Shown: positions 1 through 8,772, counted from the stretch's first letter. The stretch is 64,000 nt of DNA from Patescibacteria group bacterium (GCA_016860985.1 BOKM01000001.1:220185-284184), one strand, 5' to 3'. A program made the numbers and translations. The notes: generated by a model not told the origin, from the sequence alone.

Positions 1-336
1 TCCTACGGCGTAGGTGGAATGATTATGAATAATCGAGACGTATTCTCAGGAACAGATTTCTTACTCCTCACTTCCTATTTTCTCTTTCGTCAAGAAAAAG
101 GAAAGTATGATATCGACCTTCTAATCGTCGGCGCTCCCAAAATTGACCAGGTCTCAATCTTTTTACACAACATAGAAACAAGCTTGCAGCGCGAACTTCT
201 CTATACAATTATCACTCCTGGGGATTTTAAAAATCGTAAGCAAAAGCTAGACCCATTCACCTGGAATATTCTTGAAAAGCCTTCAGTCTTGCTTATTGGC
301 AAACAAGAGGACCTACTGAAAGGTGTTACAAGCTAA
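1..336 (+). CDS. C-terminal part of a nucleotidyltransferase-like domain protein (probably truncated by the window start)
   Basis: DIDLLIVG motif typical of the minimal nucleotidyltransferase fold; frame is open from base 1. Confidence 0.55.
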   Translation, partial: SYGVGGMIMNNRDVFSGTDFLLLTSYFLFRQEKGKYDIDLLIVGAPKIDQVSIFLHNIETSLQRELLYTIITPGDFKNRKQKLDPFTWNILEKPSVLLIGKQEDLLKGVTS

Positions 337-339
337 GGA

Positions 340-1470
340 TTAAAGAATAAGCATAGAATCTCCGTACGAAAAGAGCTTTGCTTCGTGTTGTATTGCAAAC
401 GTATAAATATCACGCCACGACAACTTTGAATGTTTATACTGCAAAAAGGCATCAACCAAAGTAATTAAAGAACTCTTTGGGAAATGGAAATTTGTTAGCA
501 AACCATCAATGATTTTGAATTGATAAGGTGGGTAAATAAACAGCTGGGTCTCTGAAACAATATCTTTTGCAGTGTCGTCGAACGCTAATAATTTTGGCGC
601 AATACTTTCCAACACGCGTGTTGTTGTTGTTCCCATAGCAACAATTCTTTGCATATTCACTTTTGATTGCTTAATATGCTCGATTGCTTCAGCTCGAACG
701 TAAAAAGGTTCAGCATGTAATACATTCTTTTCAATTTCCTCTTCACGTAGGGGCATAAACGTTCCTCTTCCAACATGCAGCGTAACCTCCTCTATTGCAA
801 CCTTTTTATTAGTAAGCTCGCGCTCAAGTTCCTTCGTAAAATTTAGTGACGCCGTTGGAGCAGCTACCGAACCGGTTTTCTGTGCAAAAATCGTTTGATA
901 GCGGTCTTCATCACTTGGATTTGTTTGGCGCTTGATATATGGAGGCAGGGGGACTTTTCCATATTTCTCGAACAACTCAAATAATTGCTCAACCGTTATT
1001 ACCCCATCAGTTCGATAAAAAAGACCGATAAAGGAATCCCCTTTCTCTTCTAAATCTCGCAAGGCAAAGCCATTACCAAACTCGATATGCGTTAACTGCG
1101 ACAACTTAATTTTTCTTTTTGCCGACAAAAATTCAAGAACAAATCCATTTCGCTTAGTATCAAAGTTTCGCAGGGCGTATTCCTCAAGTGATTGCGCATG
1201 GGGTTCAGATACAAAGACTTCGATTTCTGGAAGTTTTTCACCACTATTGGTAACGGGTATTCCATGCAGCCGCGCGTGGAATACTTTTGTAATATTCCGA
1301 ACTAACACGTCACCGCTCCCAAGATATTCTGAGAGCCGATTATACCTATCCTCAATGATTTCTCCCGTTTGTGTCAAAACTACAAACAATTTGCTTTCTC
1401 CTCGTACGGTTGGGGGGTGCAGGGCTATTGCGCTCTCCGGATATTCATAATCATATTCTGAAACATTCAT
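340..1470 (-). CDS. queA: S-adenosylmethionine:tRNA ribosyltransferase-isomerase
   Basis: N-terminal YDYEYPESAIA, VPLPPYIKR, YQTIFA, GSVAAPTASL, LHVGRGTF, GTTTTRVLES, TNFHFPKS, FSYGDSMLI. Confidence 0.95.
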   Translation of the reverse strand: MNVSEYDYEYPESAIALHPPTVRGESKLFVVLTQTGEIIEDRYNRLSEYLGSGDVLVRNITKVFHARLHGIPVTNSGEKLPEIEVFVSEPHAQSLEEYALRNFDTKRNGFVLEFLSAKRKIKLSQLTHIEFGNGFALRDLEEKGDSFIGLFYRTDGVITVEQLFELFEKYGKVPLPPYIKRQTNPSDEDRYQTIFAQKTGSVAAPTASLNFTKELERELTNKKVAIEEVTLHVGRGTFMPLREEEIEKNVLHAEPFYVRAEAIEHIKQSKVNMQRIVAMGTTTTRVLESIAPKLLAFDDTAKDIVSETQLFIYPPYQFKIIDGLLTNFHFPKSSLITLVDAFLQYKHSKLSWRDIYTFAIQHEAKLFSYGDSMLIL

Positions 1471-1532
1471 TGCCTTTATAACTACTCCATTTATTGTACT
1501 TTTAATATCGCAACTGGAAGGTTAGAAAGAGC

Positions 1533-1761
1533 AGGTTGCACCGTAAGCCCGCTTCTGTTTTATGCAGGAATTTATCTAAGCGTTTACACTTGCTCGACGT
1601 CTGGGGTTATCTATAGCCAATTTGGCATTTCACCGCATTTCTGCGACTATTTCTGTGACCCTATCCGTAAGATTCCTCCTACCGAACTTTCGTTCGAGAC
1701 ATACTCGAGGCGAGACTTTCCTCCCATTTTCAATGAAAATGAGCTCCTGCTCATGCAACCT
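1533..1761 (-). ncRNA. rnpB: RNase P RNA (minimal, ~229 nt)
   Basis: Minus strand has GAGGAAAGUC near the 5' end and AACAGAAGCGGGCUUA at the 3' end (P4); P1 AGGUUGCA/UGCAACCU, P2 GCAGGA/UCCUGC, J11/12 CACAGAAA, J12/13 GGUGAAA. Confidence 0.92.
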
Positions 1762-1815
1762 ACTCACGTGTATTTTATCATTTCTAAGTCACTTTTGGCG
1801 AATTACACTGTTTTT

Positions 1816-2592
1816 ATGATCTATACTACACTCCTTGAACCATACCGCTTGTCTACGGTTATTCCATTAGAAGTCACTGTCTTGCGCGGTGCAAGAAGAC
1901 TCCGGCTCTCCACCGCGCTTAGGAAAAAATATGCCGATTTTACACCAAGACTTTGGCATCTTTTGTCAAAACTTGGGTACCAAAAGTATTTACAAAAGAT
2001 TTACGTTCAAATTGATGTTGACTATCAATTAACATCACCCTTTTATCAACTCCCCATGCTTATAGCGATACTAGAAGCAGTAGGGCTCGTTGCATTTTCT
2101 CAACCTGTTCATGTTATCGGAAAATTCTCCGCTGATTATGGTCTCTATTTTCCTGAAGTTGACAGTTCAGAAACACCATTTCCAAGCCTAACATCGAGCC
2201 AAGGAGAGAATGGCGAAAAAATTACTTCTTACCTCAATAAACTCCACACAGCCAGAAATGCTTTTCATCAGTTCACTGGTAGCCATGACATGCTCTTTCC
2301 AGGCGTCGTTTTCCATCTAAACCAAATTGATATAGCCAAAACACCGCTTACGATACTTAAAAAGATTCCAAACGAAACGATTGAACAATCAAAGGTTTAT
2401 ATTTCATATCGAAAACATGCGATACAGAATGACCTGTTGTCATTTATACTTTCAAAACCGCGCCCTAAAGAGTGCTTTGTTGAATATAAGCCCTGCTTCT
2501 GCGAACAGAAAAAATGCACGTGTACAAGGCAAAATAGATTAATACACGATGAACAACTGTATAAAATCCGTACTTATTGGAATCTTTTTTAA
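1816..2592 (+). CDS. Degenerate, truncated ComM/YifB (Mg-chelatase-like) homologue
   Basis: N-terminus resembles the YifB Lon-like domain (FYQLPMLIAIL ~ FDLPIALGIL; IGKFSAD ~ GELSLD); C-terminal KPCFC...CTC cysteine cluster; no Walker A. ATG 1816 chosen because the ORF-track start overlaps rnpB. Confidence 0.55.
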   Translation: MIYTTLLEPYRLSTVIPLEVTVLRGARRLRLSTALRKKYADFTPRLWHLLSKLGYQKYLQKIYVQIDVDYQLTSPFYQLPMLIAILEAVGLVAFSQPVHVIGKFSADYGLYFPEVDSSETPFPSLTSSQGENGEKITSYLNKLHTARNAFHQFTGSHDMLFPGVVFHLNQIDIAKTPLTILKKIPNETIEQSKVYISYRKHAIQNDLLSFILSKPRPKECFVEYKPCFCEQKKCTCTRQNRLIHDEQLYKIRTYWNLF

Positions 2593-2993
2593 CGCTTCGA
2601 GAATCGTGGTGCTTTTCGAGCTTTCTTCAATCCAGCTTTCTTTCTTTCGACTGCACGTGGATCTCGAGTCATAAGCCCTTCATTTCTCAATCCGGACTTG
2701 AGTTTTGCATCAAATTCGACAAGTGCTCGTGCCAATCCCAAAGAGATAGCATCGGCCCAACCTGTAACACCACCACCAGTAGCACTCACAGACACGCTGA
2801 ATTTGCCAATCATTCCTGCGACAGCAAATGGTTTTAACACTTTTTCTTGTGCTAACGCGCTTGGGAAAACTTGGTCAAGTGTTTTTCCATTAATGACAAA
2901 AGTTTTGGCATCATCTTGTACGATTCTTACGCGAGCAGTTGCCTCTTTTCTTCTGCCGATTCCTTCATAATATTTAACTTTCACGGTTGCCAT
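2589..2993 (-). CDS. rpsI: 30S ribosomal protein S9
   Basis: GIGRRKEATARV, TRDPRAVERKKAGLKKARKAPRFSKR. Confidence 0.98.
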   Translation of the reverse strand: MATVKVKYYEGIGRRKEATARVRIVQDDAKTFVINGKTLDQVFPSALAQEKVLKPFAVAGMIGKFSVSVSATGGGVTGWADAISLGLARALVEFDAKLKSGLRNEGLMTRDPRAVERKKAGLKKARKAPRFSKR

Positions 2994-2996
2994 TGT

Positions 2997-3464
2997 TTAT
3001 ACGGTAATCTTAGTTGGCTTTTGTGCTGCGTGCGGATGTGTTGCTTCAGCGTAAATATTCAATCTTGAAAGAAAGATATCCTTCATTTTGGTATCTGGAA
3101 GCATGCCTTTGATAGCAGTTCGGATAACCTTTGCTGGATTTTCTTTCATTAATAGATTCACTTTTTCTTTTTTCAAACCGCTTGGATAGCCGGTATAGTG
3201 CTGAATCTTGAGGTATTGCTCTTTTTGTCCGGTCAATTTTACTGCACCGGCATTAACAATGATCACAAAGTGCCCCATATCAATATTTGGAACATAAGAT
3301 GGAGTCGTTTTACCCATAAGGTATTTTGCAACTTTGCCTGCAAGTCTACCTAATGATATTCCAGTTGCATCAAATTCATACCAATCACGCTTCACATCTT
3401 TTGCGCTAACCCAAGTTGTTTTGTTGCTTGGTGTGACGCTTTTTTCGGTTCGCTTATTGTTCAT
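2997..3464 (-). CDS. rplM: 50S ribosomal protein L13
   Basis: WYEFDA...LGRLA, HYTGYPSGLK, AIKGMLP, HPHAAQKP; adjacent to rpsI. Confidence 0.97.
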   Translation of the reverse strand: MNNKRTEKSVTPSNKTTWVSAKDVKRDWYEFDATGISLGRLAGKVAKYLMGKTTPSYVPNIDMGHFVIIVNAGAVKLTGQKEQYLKIQHYTGYPSGLKKEKVNLLMKENPAKVIRTAIKGMLPDTKMKDIFLSRLNIYAEATHPHAAQKPTKITV

Positions 3465-3834
3465 TGGTCTTCTGTGCTTCGAAATTTATTACTGTTACTT
3501 CGTACTGGGGAGCGCTATCGCCCTTTCGTGGCTGTGTTTGAACAACTGACACAGCGAAGTTTTTGCTTAACTGCTTAAGTTTTTCGGCAACACGCTTGCT
3601 GTACTTAACTGTAGAAACTTCGGCCTTTAACCATCTTTTCGAATCCAACGAAGTTCCTAGTTTATTGTAAGCTGATACCTTTGAAAGTGAATAAGCTTTT
3701 AGTGCCGCTGCACGTGGTTTTGTTGTGGTAACCTTTCCGTACATCATAAGCGAAGTAAACAAGTTCTTAATAAGAGACTTGTCGTGTTGCTTACTGCTTT
3801 GGTTAAGGTTAAGCCTTTTTACTCTTTTTCGCAT
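3454..3834 (-). CDS. rplQ: 50S ribosomal protein L17 (divergent)
   Basis: NLFTSLMMYGKVTTTKPRA and PRKGDSAP; directly after rpoA. Confidence 0.9.
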   Translation of the reverse strand: MRKRVKRLNLNQSSKQHDKSLIKNLFTSLMMYGKVTTTKPRAAALKAYSLSKVSAYNKLGTSLDSKRWLKAEVSTVKYSKRVAEKLKQLSKNFAVSVVQTQPRKGDSAPQYEVTVINFEAQKTNEQ

Positions 3835-4756
3835 TCTTTGCAAAACCTAAGTTATACTGATCGAGTAACTCTGAAAGCTCTTTTACCTGCTTTGCAGTAA
3901 GTTTGAGATCCTTTGAATAGAACGTTTTTGGTTGAGCTGCAACTTCTGCAAGTGTTTCAATTTTTGCTGCTTCCAATTTTGTAATTGTTTTTGCATCAAC
4001 ACCGAGTTCAGAAACTTTCCAGTCTGTCATAGTTACAGCTTCTGTTGAGGTTTCTTCGTTTAGTTCACTTCCAAATACAACAGCTGCCTGGCCAAAGAAA
4101 GAACGGAGGATTGCACCTGATTGAGCGATTGCGTCTTCTGGAGATACTGTTCCATCGGTTGTGATTGTCATCATGACTTTGTCTAAGTCTGCCTGAGATC
4201 CTTTTCGTGCAGGAAGAACTGTGAATTCGACCAAACGAACAGGGCTGAAGATTGTGTCCACAGGGATTCGTCCAATTTCGTCTCGGAGTGATTCGTCTGC
4301 TCTCTTATAACCAACGCCTTTTTCGACGATTGCTTCAAGGTTTAATGAGGTTGAATCATCAGTGATTTCTGCAATAACATAATCTGCGTTGACGATTTCA
4401 ACTCCTTTTGCAACAACAAGATCTTTTGCTTTAATAACTCCCTTCCCTTTCTTATTAAGTGTCATGACTGATGAGGTTTCTTTGCCTTCCATCTTTACCC
4501 GAACATTTTTAAGACGTAGCACAATATCCAACACATTCTGCTTCACTCCTGGGATAGTTGTGTATTCGTGTGTAAGGTTATTAATTCTGACACTGGTAAT
4601 TGCAGCACCTTCAAGAGATGAAAGCATCACACGTCGCATTGCATTGCCAAGTGTGTTACCGTAACCTTTTGGTAAAGGCGAAATCTCGAAAGAAGCAATT
4701 GATCCAACTTCCTTTTCGGAAACTTTGGTAAGTGTGATTCCTGAAAAATCTACCAT
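3809..4756 (-). CDS. rpoA: RNA polymerase subunit alpha
   Basis: SPLPKGYGNTLGNAMRRVMLSSLEGAA, HEYTTIPGV, IPVDTIFSPV; alpha-operon position. Confidence 0.97.
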   Translation of the reverse strand: MVDFSGITLTKVSEKEVGSIASFEISPLPKGYGNTLGNAMRRVMLSSLEGAAITSVRINNLTHEYTTIPGVKQNVLDIVLRLKNVRVKMEGKETSSVMTLNKKGKGVIKAKDLVVAKGVEIVNADYVIAEITDDSTSLNLEAIVEKGVGYKRADESLRDEIGRIPVDTIFSPVRLVEFTVLPARKGSQADLDKVMMTITTDGTVSPEDAIAQSGAILRSFFGQAAVVFGSELNEETSTEAVTMTDWKVSELGVDAKTITKLEAAKIETLAEVAAQPKTFYSKDLKLTAKQVKELSELLDQYNLGFAKNAKKSKKA

Positions 4757-4772
4757 ATTCCTATACATAAAG

Positions 4773-5396
4773 TTATCTCGAGTACAACTCGACAATTAAG
4801 TTTTCTCTGATTGAAGGATCAATCTGCTGCCTTGTTGGCAAGGACGCTACAGTGATCGTATTCTTAGCAACGTTCAACCATGCTGGAACCATTGGCCCCT
4901 TATAGTCGACTTTGCCATACTGATACATATCTTCCTTAAGTTCAATAACATCGTTCACTCTAACAACAAACGAAGGAATCGTTACTCGCTTTCCGTTCAC
5001 ATATACGTGTCCGTGAGATACGAATTGTCTTGACGCGTTTTTAGATTTGGCGAGCATTGCCACATAAATTACGTTATCCAAGCGCCTTTCAAGCATTTGT
5101 AACATAACGTAACCTTTATCTTGGTTTGAGTTCTTTGCGGTCTTAACGGCAAGCGCATAGAATCTTCTGAATTGCTTCTCTTTCATGCCATACAAGCGCT
5201 TAACCTTTTGTTTTTCACGCAACTGTCTTGCATATGAAGAGAGTTTTGAAGGCTGCACACCGTGCTGACCTGGTTTGGTTTGTCGTTTGCCCCAAGCTTC
5301 CTTTGCAGAAAAACTTCGTGCACCTTTAACAAAGAGGTTTGTTCCTTCTCTTCTGCTTAATCTTTCTTTTGGTCCAATCATATTCTTAGTAATCAA
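4773..5396 (-). CDS. rpsD: 30S ribosomal protein S4
   Basis: PGQHG, QLREKQKVKRLYG, LERRLDNV, VELYSR. Confidence 0.98.
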   Translation of the reverse strand: MITKNMIGPKERLSRREGTNLFVKGARSFSAKEAWGKRQTKPGQHGVQPSKLSSYARQLREKQKVKRLYGMKEKQFRRFYALAVKTAKNSNQDKGYVMLQMLERRLDNVIYVAMLAKSKNASRQFVSHGHVYVNGKRVTIPSFVVRVNDVIELKEDMYQYGKVDYKGPMVPAWLNVAKNTITVASLPTRQQIDPSIRENLIVELYSR

Positions 5397-5401
5397 CTAA
5401 C

Positions 5402-5812
5402 CTACTTTCGTGGTTTACGCGGTGGACGACATCCATTGTGTGGAGTTCTCGTCATATCCGCAAGTAATGTAACAGACAATCCTGCTGACGCAAGACCTTT
5501 TACTGCTGCGTTTCTACCAACGCCTGCACCTTTTACAAATACTTTAACTTCTCGCAATCCATATTTATCAATTGCTTCAGTTGCTGCTGCAAAAGCTGCT
5601 TTAGTTGCCGCGTACGGTGTCTTTTTCTTTGAATTCTTAAAACCTACTCGAGCTGGGGTGTACTGAACGAGTGCATTTCCGGATTCGTCGGTAAGAGTCA
5701 CAACCGTATTGTTAAAGGTTGCCAAGATATGTGCTTCTCCAGCCAAGACCTTGACCTTTGCCTTCTTTGACTTTTTTACGACTGCTGCTTGTGTTTTCTT
5801 TGTTTCTGCCAT
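5402..5812 (-). CDS. rpsK: 30S ribosomal protein S11
   Basis: ATFNNTVVTLTD, KTPYAA, TPHNGCRPPRK. Confidence 0.98.
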   Translation of the reverse strand: MAETKKTQAAVVKKSKKAKVKVLAGEAHILATFNNTVVTLTDESGNALVQYTPARVGFKNSKKKTPYAATKAAFAAATEAIDKYGLREVKVFVKGAGVGRNAAVKGLASAGLSVTLLADMTRTPHNGCRPPRKPRK

Positions 5813-5832
5813 ACTAAATCAAGGTAAGAAAA

Positions 5833-6216
5833 TTAAGTCTTTGTAATCTTTGGATTAAGACCACCTACTGCCATGTTTCTACCTCGGCGAGTATGTGCAT
5901 TGTGTCTCGTTCTCTGACCACGAACAGGCATATTAATAATATGTCTAACTCCGCGGTAGTTTCTAATATCTTTGAGTCTTCGAATGTGTTCACGAACTTC
6001 CTGTCGTAAGTAACCCTCAACGACATAGTTTTCTTCAATGAAGTTCTGGATTGCTTTTATTTCTGGATCTTTAAGCTCGTGAGCTCGTTTGTCTGGATCA
6101 ATCTTGCATACTGTACAGATTTTTTCTGCACGTGCAGGTCCGATTCCAAAAAGATAACGAAGTGAGATCCTCACTTTTTTGTCATCCGGGATTTGTATAC
6201 CTAATATTCGTGGCAT
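5833..6216 (-). CDS. rpsM: 30S ribosomal protein S13
   Basis: MPRILG, FGIG, YRGVRH...PVRGQRTRHNA. Confidence 0.98.
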   Translation of the reverse strand: MPRILGIQIPDDKKVRISLRYLFGIGPARAEKICTVCKIDPDKRAHELKDPEIKAIQNFIEENYVVEGYLRQEVREHIRRLKDIRNYRGVRHIINMPVRGQRTRHNAHTRRGRNMAVGGLNPKITKT

Positions 6217-6233
6217 ATGATGCTATCAATAAG

Positions 6234-6377
6234 TTATCCTTGCTTCTGCTTATGCCTGGGGTTGGCGCTGCAATATACATATACAACCTTTTTATGCGGT
6301 TTATGCGCGCCCTTTTTAGTGCGGATAACTACGTAGCACTTAGGGCATCGCTTGGTTACGCTTGCTTTAACCTTCAT
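6234..6377 (-). CDS. rpmJ: 50S ribosomal protein L36 (47 aa, not in ORF track)
   Basis: Manual translation [47 protein letters not shown]; CxxC...C...H zinc ribbon; between infA and rpsM. Confidence 0.95.
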   Translation of the reverse strand: MKVKASVTKRCPKCYVVIRTKKGAHKPHKKVVYVYCSANPRHKQKQG

Positions 6378-6586
6378 CGATACCTATAAACAATTTTACC
6401 TTGGCCTGGATCGTACTCCGAGACCTCTATTTTGACCTTATCATTATCTGTGATAACAATATGGTTCATTCTTATTTTTCCGGAGACGTAACAGATAAAC
6501 TGTCGCTTCTTGCCGTTATGCTCAACTTCTACCTTATACTTCCCATCTGGGAGTGAAGAGAGAATTTTTCCGTCGAGCGATATCAT
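6374..6586 (-). CDS. infA: Translation initiation factor IF-1
   Basis: [32 protein letters not shown]. Confidence 0.96.
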   Translation of the reverse strand: MISLDGKILSSLPDGKYKVEVEHNGKKRQFICYVSGKIRMNHIVITDNDKVKIEVSEYDPGQGKIVYRYR

Positions 6587-6672
6587 AAGACGCTTAATTA
6601 TATCAGAGGTTTTCTGACATAGCAACTAATTTATTCCGGAGAGCATTGTTACAATGCAAGTCGGAGGAATAT

Positions 6673-6729
6673 ATTCTGCGCAAAGGAACTTTGCATGCAA
6701 ATTCTTGCATCCCCTTAAGGGGGCGGAAT
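6673..6729. repeat. Four-way-junction (cloverleaf) inverted-repeat element
   Basis: ATTCTGC/GCGGAAT encloses three abutting hairpins: GCAAAG/CTTTGC, ATGCAA/TTGCAT, CCCC/GGGG. Confidence 0.6.
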
Positions 6730-7347
6730 CTAACTTGACGGCATTCTACCTGTCACAGCACGCTTTGTCAACACAGGAGTCCCCAACTTCAGGACACCTT
6801 TCACTTTCTCCCCTTTCTGCCATACGCGACTTCCCACCCATTCCCATTTTGATTTCATTTGCACAAGTCCTTTTTTTCGGAAATCTTTAAGGTAATTACC
6901 TATAAATTGCGGTAGCTGCTGAAACGGTTCGGTACTTGATATTCCTTCTTCAAGTTTAATTTCAGCTGAAAAATCATTAAGCGCCGCAACAAGAATCGGC
7001 ATATCGCCACGGGTGACACTTGATATAGTGCCAATCTTGAAGTAGCCTCCTTCTGTTTCCAATCGAATATCGATTGGATGGATAGGTCTAGACTTCAGTT
7101 CTTTCAACTTCCACATAAATAAAGCGCCAAGATTTCCACTCGCCTCAGAAGAAGCGGTTACATAGTGAAGCGCATCCATTATTAGCTCCTGCTCTTCGTT
7201 CTTAGCAATTTTCATATACAACGCCTTATGGCGTGGATCATTAAGCTTTTGAGTCAAGAGCATCCCAAGTTCCTGAAATGGATACCGAATACGATTACGA
7301 CGAGCATTTATCTCCTCTACTATTTGTTGAAGATTGATAGTAAGCAT
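6730..7347 (-). CDS. Hypothetical protein (helical N-terminal domain ending LFMWKLKELK)
   Basis: Long ORF; ATG 7347 avoids overlap with the upstream ORF; function not recognised. Confidence 0.65.
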   Translation of the reverse strand: MLTINLQQIVEEINARRNRIRYPFQELGMLLTQKLNDPRHKALYMKIAKNEEQELIMDALHYVTASSEASGNLGALFMWKLKELKSRPIHPIDIRLETEGGYFKIGTISSVTRGDMPILVAALNDFSAEIKLEEGISSTEPFQQLPQFIGNYLKDFRKKGLVQMKSKWEWVGSRVWQKGEKVKGVLKLGTPVLTKRAVTGRMPSS

Positions 7348-7354
7348 CTTCGCC

Positions 7355-7753
7355 TTATTGGATATTTCCGATATTATATGCCCCAAGTTCCTCTGCAGGC
7401 ACTCGCTCGCCACTATCAACAAATCTTGGGGCCAAGGTTCGTCTTCTTTGATCACCCTGTAAACGCAAATACTGAATCCTCGACTGTTCCGAATCGTCAT
7501 GAAGGTCCAAGTCAACTACTGCGACATATCGGAGTGTTGCCCTAATACGTTCACCTCCAGGAGAAACTAATGTTCCTCCTAATATGAGTTCTGGTGCGGA
7601 AACAACAAGTAGTCTATTCGCTCCGACGTGGGTTTTTGCTTGACTGTTGGGATTATCCGGGTTCGCATATGTTTGAAGCGCCTCGCGTTCGTCGACCTGT
7701 GGCAACGTTTGCAAAATCATACCGGGAAAAACTTCAGCTGGTTCTTCTCTCAT
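7355..7753 (-). CDS. Hypothetical protein
   Basis: 132-aa ORF with TATAAT 7 nt upstream of the ATG. Confidence 0.5.
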   Translation of the reverse strand: MREEPAEVFPGMILQTLPQVDEREALQTYANPDNPNSQAKTHVGANRLLVVSAPELILGGTLVSPGGERIRATLRYVAVVDLDLHDDSEQSRIQYLRLQGDQRRRTLAPRFVDSGERVPAEELGAYNIGNIQ

Positions 7754-7770
7754 AATGGAGATTATACAGT

Positions 7771-7996
7771 AATGCCGCTACGGGGAATCGCCTACCTCGT
7801 AATATATTCATTGGCGCTACGCGTACTAAGGGATTACGTCCTCAGGCCCTCCCGCTTCGTCGAATGTACATTGTTACATTCTCCTTGGGGTTTCGATTCC
7901 TCCATTTTTATGATTTCACAAATTCATTTTAGTTAAGTGTTTGGAATAAATAAAAACAACTAGATGGTTGTTTCGCAAAACAAAAAATTTGTGAAA
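7771..7996 (-). repeat. tRNA-associated structured element, copy A
   Basis: 20-bp direct repeat of the tRNA-Glu 3' end (7771-7790 = 7995-8014); inverted T-arm copy 7887-7903; gaplessly homologous to 45009-45137. Confidence 0.8.
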
Positions 7997-8068
7997 TGCC
8001 GCTACGGGGAATCGAACCCCGCCTCCTAGGATGAGAACCTAGTGTCCTAGCCGATAGACGATAGCGGC
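7997..8068 (-). tRNA. tRNA-Glu (CTC)
   Basis: GCCGCTA/TAGCGGC acceptor stem, anticodon loop TTCTCAT, GTTCGATTC T-loop; CCA not encoded. Confidence 0.96.
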
Positions 8069-8106
8069 GAATGTGGAATTATAGCAAATTATTTTGTCAA
8101 AAGGTA

Positions 8107-8772
8107 CTAAAGAACACCTAATTCACTTGCAGTTGCAAGCATTTCTTTTACAGATGGATCTTTTAGCGCTTCAAGCACGTTCTTCCACAAAGCAAGGTTT
8201 GCGGTCGCCCATCCTAAATAACGTTCTTTGGCAACATCTGTGTAAAAGTAGATTCCTTGCTGCATTAGTGGTTCTTGTTCTCCAACGACCTTGTTACCTA
8301 ATTTTTCGATGTCATATTTATTCTGCGTAATAAAACGAGAAGCGAATAAAATAGGTGTGGTAGGGAGTGCTTTAAACAAGGTATCCGCATCTGCCAACGC
8401 TTTATCTTCCACGGACAACTCTCTTTCTCCTCTATATGCCAAATGTGCATTTTCGAGCATGACTTCGATTTTTTCCGCAAAATCTTTTGGATAGCCTGCG
8501 CTTGTCACATATTCAATAACTTGAATCTTTGCCGCTTCTGGTTCAAGTTTATCTGAGAATATATAGTTTAAATCGTGTACCAATGCAGCGACAGCAACTT
8601 GCTCAACATTAGCCTCAAGATGAGTCGCGAATTCTATTGCCTTATCCAACACAAATTTGATATGGTGCCATCCATGAAAGAGTAATTTACTCTGATTTTC
8701 AGGAAGATGGTACAAATTAAAAATTTCATCGTACAACTTTGAATAGTTCTCGGAAAAGTTCATTGTAATCAT
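8107..8772 (-). CDS. HD-domain phosphohydrolase
   Basis: FHGWHH...ALVHDL...ADAD motifs; start uncertain (8772 or 8763). Confidence 0.85.
   Translation of the reverse strand: MITMNFSENYSKLYDEIFNLYHLPENQSKLLFHGWHHIKFVLDKAIEFATHLEANVEQVAVAALVHDLNYIFSDKLEPEAAKIQVIEYVTSAGYPKDFAEKIEVMLENAHLAYRGERELSVEDKALADADTLFKALPTTPILFASRFITQNKYDIEKLGNKVVGEQEPLMQQGIYFYTDVAKERYLGWATANLALWKNVLEALKDPSVKEMLATASELGVL

Noticed and set aside
1622-1819. 65-aa ORF and the 1753 start of the next ORF
   Set aside because: Both overlap the RNase P RNA on the opposite strand
7771-7903. Second intact tRNA or intron-containing tRNA in element A (and B)
   Set aside because: Only the 3' T-arm/acceptor strand is present; there is no matching 5' acceptor strand, D-arm or anticodon arm, and no group I core motifs were recognised
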